A DNA stretch of 64,000 nt from Candidatus Woesearchaeota archaeon (lineage in GTDB: Archaea > Nanobdellota > Nanobdellia > Woesearchaeales > ARS49), in assembly GCA_038891615.1 (NCBI GenBank), contig JAWADY010000001.1, positions 1-64,000 of the forward strand, written 5' to 3'. Below the pieces are notes generated by a model. The model saw nothing but the letters and a program-made list of their open reading frames with translations, searched no databases and was not told the origin of the DNA. A program made the translations under genes and the position numbers. Below are positions 59,272 through 64,000 of this stretch, one piece after another. Within the stretch, counting starts at the first letter, position 1, and the number at the start of each line of letters is the position of its first letter.

Positions 59272-59467
59272 ATCAAGCCCTCTTTTTTGACCAAACAACG
59301 CCAAGAGCTTATAAATTTTCTTATAGCTTTTTCATTTTTAGATTTTTCTATTCTTCTTAGCCAAGCAATTGCAGAAGGCGTTGGTAAAATGTAGGTATAT
59401 TTCAAGGAGCTTTTAGTGCAATCCAATCAAAAGTTTTATAAACATCCCTATCACGAATTCTTAAACA

Positions 59468-59698
59468 ATGGTTGAAACAACCTCAAGACCGCTTGATGCA
59501 TTGAACAAGGCGCGTGGCAAAAAAGTCATCATAGAACTAAAAAACGGAAGACAATATGTAGGCAATCTTAGCGCATTTGATATGCACATCAACACTGTCC
59601 TTGAAGATGTTGAAGAAAGGGTTGATGGCGAGCTTCGGAGAAAGCTTGGGGTTGTTTTTCTAAGGGGTGATGCAATAATAATGATATCGCCAGCATAG
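59468..59698 (+). CDS. Archaeal Sm-like (Lsm) protein
   Basis: RPLDAL, LKNG, FDMHIN, FLRGD..ISP. Confidence 0.95.
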   Translation: MVETTSRPLDALNKARGKKVIIELKNGRQYVGNLSAFDMHINTVLEDVEERVDGELRRKLGVVFLRGDAIIMISPA

Positions 59699-59761
59699 AA
59701 CGCCAAGCCAACAACCCATGCTGGCACAATTCGTTGTTTGACATTTTTGTAGAGAAACATC

Positions 59762-59926
59762 ATGGTAAAAGGAACACCTTCAAAGGGAAAAAGATCAAAA
59801 GGAACAGTTCACATAACATGTAGGCGCTGTGGTAGGCATTCCTATCACAAAAAGAAAAGCATATGCAGTCATTGTGGTTATGGTAAAAGCCCAAGACTAA
59901 GGAGTTACTCTTGGCAGACTTTTTGA
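59762..59926 (+). CDS. rpl37e: 50S ribosomal protein eL37 (54 aa; below ORF-track cutoff)
   Basis: [38 protein letters not shown]; the usual lsm-rpl37e order. Confidence 0.96.
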   Translation: MVKGTPSKGKRSKGTVHITCRRCGRHSYHKKKSICSHCGYGKSPRLRSYSWQTF

Positions 59927-60103
59927 GTTCTTTGGAGTGCCTTAATAAGTGTTCTGCCGCCCAAAGGCCAGCTACTACGAGCTCAGGCGTGAGCAACAAA
60001 TGGTTTTTTGGATTTATGTTGAATTGGTGAAAAACTAAAAAGAACAAAGGCTCTGAAGCGCAACTATTATATAATATATAGCCGTGCCATCTTATATTTC
60101 CTT

Positions 60104-60262
60104 GCGGAGGTGCCGGAGTGGCCAAACGGGCCAGAAGGAATTGTCAAAAGGCATTTCCTGGCAAAGCTTAGGTTTTGCCTGTTTAAGCAAACTTTGTTTA
60201 AACAGGTTAAAAGGAAACCTGGTGGCTTAGTGCCTGCGCAGGTTCAAATCCTGCCCTCCGCA
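60104..60262 (+). tRNA. tRNA-Leu(TAG) with two introns (60135-60165 at 30/31; 60173-60216 at 37/38)
   Basis: GCGGAGG/CCTCCGC-A; removing both inserts gives CCAGG-CT-TAG-GA-CCTGG, variable arm GGC-TTAGT-GCC, 84 nt. Confidence 0.88.
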
Positions 60263-60598
60263 TGCGCTTTTATGCAAACTTTGAAGGGCTTAAGGGTTTA
60301 AAATGGTAATATTGCCAAATTCAAAAGGTGTACTTATTCAAAAACAAAAGTGTATACTGACTTGCTTGCAGATTTGCTTTTGTTTAACCAGACCACTCAA
60401 AAGTAATTAAATTGACAATGAGTGTGCTAGCAACCTTACGGACAAATGTATAAAGACAAATGCAGCGCTTTGTAAAGCTTTATTGTCAAAGATTTTTGTT
60501 TTCGCGCAACTTTTATCGTCGACAAATAAATGGCAAGCATATGCCATAAAAATCAAAAAAAGTGTATACAATAAAATATATTTTATACAAGATAAAAC

Positions 60599-60606
60599 TT
60601 TATAAA
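60599..60606 (+). promoter_or_regulatory. Probable TATA box of the S-layer gene
   Basis: TTTATAAA followed by leader hairpin GGTGAAG/TTTCACC and strong SD GAGGTGAT. Confidence 0.55.
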
Positions 60607-60704
60607 TAAAGCGGAGTTTTAGCTAGAAAAAAGGGTGAAGAGTGAAGAAAAATTTCACCTAACAAAAAAGTTAATCCAAAACACGCAAAACGAGGTGATT
60701 TAGC

Positions 60705-63101
60705 GTGAAACTTAGAACAGCTGTAAAAAAGATGGTTGCTTTAGGAACAGGGCTGGCAATGTTGGGAGCCACTGCATTTGGTGCGCTGGCTGCTGACCTG
60801 AGCCAATATCCAAGCCCCTTGTTCGTAAAGGATGGCCAGTTTGATGCCTTTTTTGTTGTAGGCGCAAACGCAAAGACAGACGATGTTCTTGGCGCAATAG
60901 AAGTTGCAACATCGCTGCAAACAGTTGCAGTGAAGAAAAAGACAATCCAAACAACAACACAAGTTAGTGTACCAACAGGAGTGCAGATTAAGAGAACAGG
61001 AAACCAGCTGACCTATGGTAAGTACTTGAACGACGTGCAGAACACTGCCCTTGATGAGACAGACCTGCCATCACTACTCGCAGACGGAAAATACGATGAC
61101 ACTGAAGGAGAGACTGATAACTCTGTTACATACACACAGGAGCTTTTCTTCCCGGCTGGAAACGGCCAACTGCTCTTCTTCCAAGACGACGATGACATGC
61201 CAATTGCTCAGCCAACGCTATTCTTGGACAAAAAAGTCCTCTACAACTACACTCTTGAGTTTGATGAGGAAGTTGAGTACGATAACTCAACCGCTTCAAA
61301 TGCTCAGGATGACATAGAAGATACTGTTCTAGAAATACTTGGCAACAAGTACACAATAACAGACGTAGGCACCACAACAGCAAACAAGATTAACAAGCTA
61401 ACCCTGCTTGCAGGTGAGACAGTTGTCTGGCTTGCGCAAGGAGATGTTGTTACAAAAACTATTGCAGGGGTTGACCATACAGTATCCCTTACAGATGTCA
61501 ATGAGGATGCTGACAAGTGTGGTCTCAGCGTTGATGGCACAGTTGCCTGGATTAAGAAGGGAGAGACAAAAACTGTCAATGGAGTTACTATTGGAGTTTC
61601 TGACGCAATTGCAGTCCACAAAGAATCAGGCAAGGATGTATGCCAGGTTAATATCGGAGCAACAAAAATAGTTCTTGAAGACGGCAAGGAAGTTGAAGTT
61701 GATGACAAGGACATTGACGGTTCAACTGTTGGGCTAATTGGTACTCCAGGAAAATGGGGCGGGTTTAGTGTGACATTTAAACCCGAAGAAAAAGAATACC
61801 TTGCAAAAGGAGAGGACTTAATTGACCCAATATTCAAGTCCTTCAAAATAAACTTTGAAGGGCTGACAGATGAAAAGACAGAGACCTACAAGTTGACTGC
61901 TTCAGGAGACGACTTGACTCTTACTTTCCTGAACAATGACGGAAAAGAAGTCAAGATCCAGTGGACTCTTGATTCAAGCAATAAAATAATCCTTGGAACA
62001 GATGACGACATTGATGAGCGCATCTACCTTGAAGGCCAAAATGCGACAGTAACTTCTGACATAACAGAGCTTGAAGGTGCAAAGTTCTATGTCGTGACAA
62101 GTGGTGGTGAGGCACACGTCATGGAGATAAGGGACTTTGACACAACCAACAACAAAATAACAATAAAGGACAGGACTTATGATGCAGAGAAGACTTCTGA
62201 CTTTGATGAGGGGACTCTTGGCGCTAAGACAATAGACCTGCCAGCAGGTGCTGGAACAGCAATACTGAGTTGGCTAAATTCAACTGGTGGAACAGGAACA
62301 GGCACCACTGGTAGAGTGTTGAACTTTACATCCACAGGTTCTAGTAGGCAAGCAGAAACACTCTACAACGAAGAAGGTATAACTCTTGGCGTGATACCAA
62401 CAACTGGAGCAGACCCTGCAACCTTGTTTTATGTCAAAGACGAGACTGATGACGGTGTCAGCGCAATAACCTTTGGTGTAAACGCAACTTTCGACTCAAG
62501 CGATAAAGACATAAACATTAATGCACCTTGGGCAATATCTGGTTCCTTCCATGCGAGTGGTGTTGACTTTAGCAGCACAAATGACGATGACAAGTGGTAT
62601 GTGACAAACTGGTCTACAACAATCCTTTATGACAGTGAAAACAATGATGAGTTGACAATTACATACCCAGATGACTACAGATTTGGGCAGGTGTTTGTGG
62701 CTCCAGTCGCAGCAGAAGTTGTAACAACTGCTGGAGGGATTGAGACAGTCGAGCTTGTACCAATACAGGTTGGTTCTGCAAAGCTTGACACAGAAATTAC
62801 AGACCCTGCTGCTCAGAACCTTATAGTTGTTGGCGGGCCTTGTGCAAACTCAGTGGCTGCAAAGTTGCTGGGAAACCCTGCTGACTGCACTGAAGGCTTT
62901 ACTCCAGGAGAAGCATGGATAAAGCTCTTCGAGCATACAACGGGCAAGGTGTCCCTGCTGGTTGCTGGCTACTCTGCCCTTGACACAAGGAGGGCAACAA
63001 GAGTGCTTGCAAACTACAAGGACTATGCCGCAAACCTCAAGGGTTCTGCAGTGAAGGTCAAGGGAACAACCCTGACAGACATAACTGTGAGCGCTGCTTA
63101 A
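60705..63101 (+). CDS. S-layer protein
   Basis: Signal peptide; ADLSQYP..FVVGANAKTDDVLGA; very acidic; C-terminal NLIVVGGPCANS..LLVAGYSALDTRRA; several N-x-S/T sequons. Confidence 0.9.
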   Translation: MKLRTAVKKMVALGTGLAMLGATAFGALAADLSQYPSPLFVKDGQFDAFFVVGANAKTDDVLGAIEVATSLQTVAVKKKTIQTTTQVSVPTGVQIKRTGNQLTYGKYLNDVQNTALDETDLPSLLADGKYDDTEGETDNSVTYTQELFFPAGNGQLLFFQDDDDMPIAQPTLFLDKKVLYNYTLEFDEEVEYDNSTASNAQDDIEDTVLEILGNKYTITDVGTTTANKINKLTLLAGETVVWLAQGDVVTKTIAGVDHTVSLTDVNEDADKCGLSVDGTVAWIKKGETKTVNGVTIGVSDAIAVHKESGKDVCQVNIGATKIVLEDGKEVEVDDKDIDGSTVGLIGTPGKWGGFSVTFKPEEKEYLAKGEDLIDPIFKSFKINFEGLTDEKTETYKLTASGDDLTLTFLNNDGKEVKIQWTLDSSNKIILGTDDDIDERIYLEGQNATVTSDITELEGAKFYVVTSGGEAHVMEIRDFDTTNNKITIKDRTYDAEKTSDFDEGTLGAKTIDLPAGAGTAILSWLNSTGGTGTGTTGRVLNFTSTGSSRQAETLYNEEGITLGVIPTTGADPATLFYVKDETDDGVSAITFGVNATFDSSDKDININAPWAISGSFHASGVDFSSTNDDDKWYVTNWSTTILYDSENNDELTITYPDDYRFGQVFVAPVAAEVVTTAGGIETVELVPIQVGSAKLDTEITDPAAQNLIVVGGPCANSVAAKLLGNPADCTEGFTPGEAWIKLFEHTTGKVSLLVAGYSALDTRRATRVLANYKDYAANLKGSAVKVKGTTLTDITVSAA

Positions 63102-63112
63102 AAGCAGCTGCC

Positions 63113-63150
63113 TTTTTCTTTTTTGTTTAATTTTCTTCTGTTTTTAATTA
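63113..63150 (+). terminator. Oligo-T archaeal terminator after the S-layer gene
   Basis: Consecutive T-runs directly after the stop codon. Confidence 0.5.
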
Positions 63151-63361
63151 TAGCCAATTTGGAGTAGAGTACTTTCTTGAGCATTTGAGCATTGCTACAT
63201 AACATAGTAAATGGCTTTTTTGTTGTAAAAGGTATACCAACAACTATTCTCTTTCGGACATTGCCAAAAAAATTCTGTAGAAAAGCTAGTTGCAAAGAAA
63301 GGCAAATGGCCATATTACACAAAGCTTAAATATTTGGTTAATTGCCTTTAGGTGGTTTGCC

Positions 63362-64000
63362 ATGGCTGAAGAAAAAATATTACTGACTTATGAAACTCTC
63401 TATGAACTTGTGCGGAGGGAGAAATCCAAAGAAGAGCTTCAACCCCTTGATGCTAATTTTTTTAACAGCCTTGTTGAATATCTAAAAGAAAAGAATCTTC
63501 TTTATGAAGAGTCTCTTAAGAAGAATGACATTTTTTCTGTCGCAGACAGGGAAAGGCTTGCAACACAGCTTGCAAACATCCTAAAGCTAGTTCGCGACCT
63601 TTACGAAAGGCGGGAGAAGAAAATAATAGCTCTGGCAATTAATAAGTCAAGGACAAACTCTTCAATCATTGACACATCAAACCTACTTGCAGAGGAAAGA
63701 GCATTTTTTAATAGCCTTGTTGGTGTTCTTGACGAGTATAGAAAAGGTGTTCTTGGAAGCATTCTTGAGCTAAGGCTTCCAACCATAGCAGGAGAACATT
63801 CTAAAAGCATTACGGACCAAAGCAATTCCACAGAACCAAGTCCAGACAGCAGCCTAGAAGGACAAAAGAGGAGCGATGTTGAAGCAACATCTTCTGAACA
63901 AAAAAAGACAGCGTTAGTGACCTTCATCCAGCCAGTGCCACAGCTTGTAGGCCCTGAGCTAGAAACCTATGGACCATTTGAGCCTGGCTCAAAGGCTTAT
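63362..64000 (+). CDS. GINS-family DNA replication protein, 3'-truncated by the window edge
   Basis: LTYETLYELVRREKSKEELQPLDANFF, LYERREKKII.LA, NLLAEE..FF, linker, then VGPELETYGPF. Confidence 0.8.
   Translation, partial: MAEEKILLTYETLYELVRREKSKEELQPLDANFFNSLVEYLKEKNLLYEESLKKNDIFSVADRERLATQLANILKLVRDLYERREKKIIALAINKSRTNSSIIDTSNLLAEERAFFNSLVGVLDEYRKGVLGSILELRLPTIAGEHSKSITDQSNSTEPSPDSSLEGQKRSDVEATSSEQKKTALVTFIQPVPQLVGPELETYGPFEPGSKAY

Noticed and set aside
59930-60060. Possible ncRNA after rpl37e (CTTTGG/CCAAAG pairing)
   Set aside because: Pairing is short and G-U dependent; no recognisable motif
60320-60575. Repeated AAAAGTGTATAC upstream of the S-layer gene as an operator or origin
   Set aside because: Only two good copies in very AT-rich DNA; no ORB-like G-string or cdc6 nearby

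Overview
Core chromosomal segment of an archaeon, most likely DPANN (Woesearchaeota/Nanobdellota-like). This is inferred from archaeal 16S/23S rRNA, TATA-box promoters, eS8/eS28/eL24/eL33/eL37/eL41/L7Ae, EF-1alpha/EF-2, aIF-1A, Lsm, GINS and an S-layer gene, mixed with bacterial-type enzymes. The window holds a 5'-truncated giant beta-helix surface protein, kae1, a minus-strand 16S-tRNA(Ala)-23S operon, 12 tRNA genes, translation genes, a B12-dependent RNR with cobO/Grx/TrxR, a tandem two-domain ThyX, a 1,083-aa PolB-like protein, sugar genes, a seven-gene pentose-phosphate cluster and a small AT-rich islet. Most notable: (1) two short bulge-helix-bulge (BHB) introns in the 16S gene, one splitting the 806R primer site; (2) a T-loop intron in the spacer tRNA-Ala and a two-intron tRNA-Leu whose anticodon sits on a 7-nt exon; (3) tRNA-Ile(UAU) and two tRNA-Ala with U37; (4) clustered substitutions at peptidyl-transferase-centre antibiotic positions; (5) a ThyX whose two domains have lost exactly complementary active-site halves and which appears to start at ATC; (6) a PolB-like protein with intact exonuclease motifs but no recognisable polymerase site; (7) a bacterial-type oxidative plus non-oxidative pentose phosphate pathway. 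No CRISPR array, integrase or transposase was seen. All calls were made by eye, rRNA ends are approximate and E. coli numbering was assigned by manual alignment.
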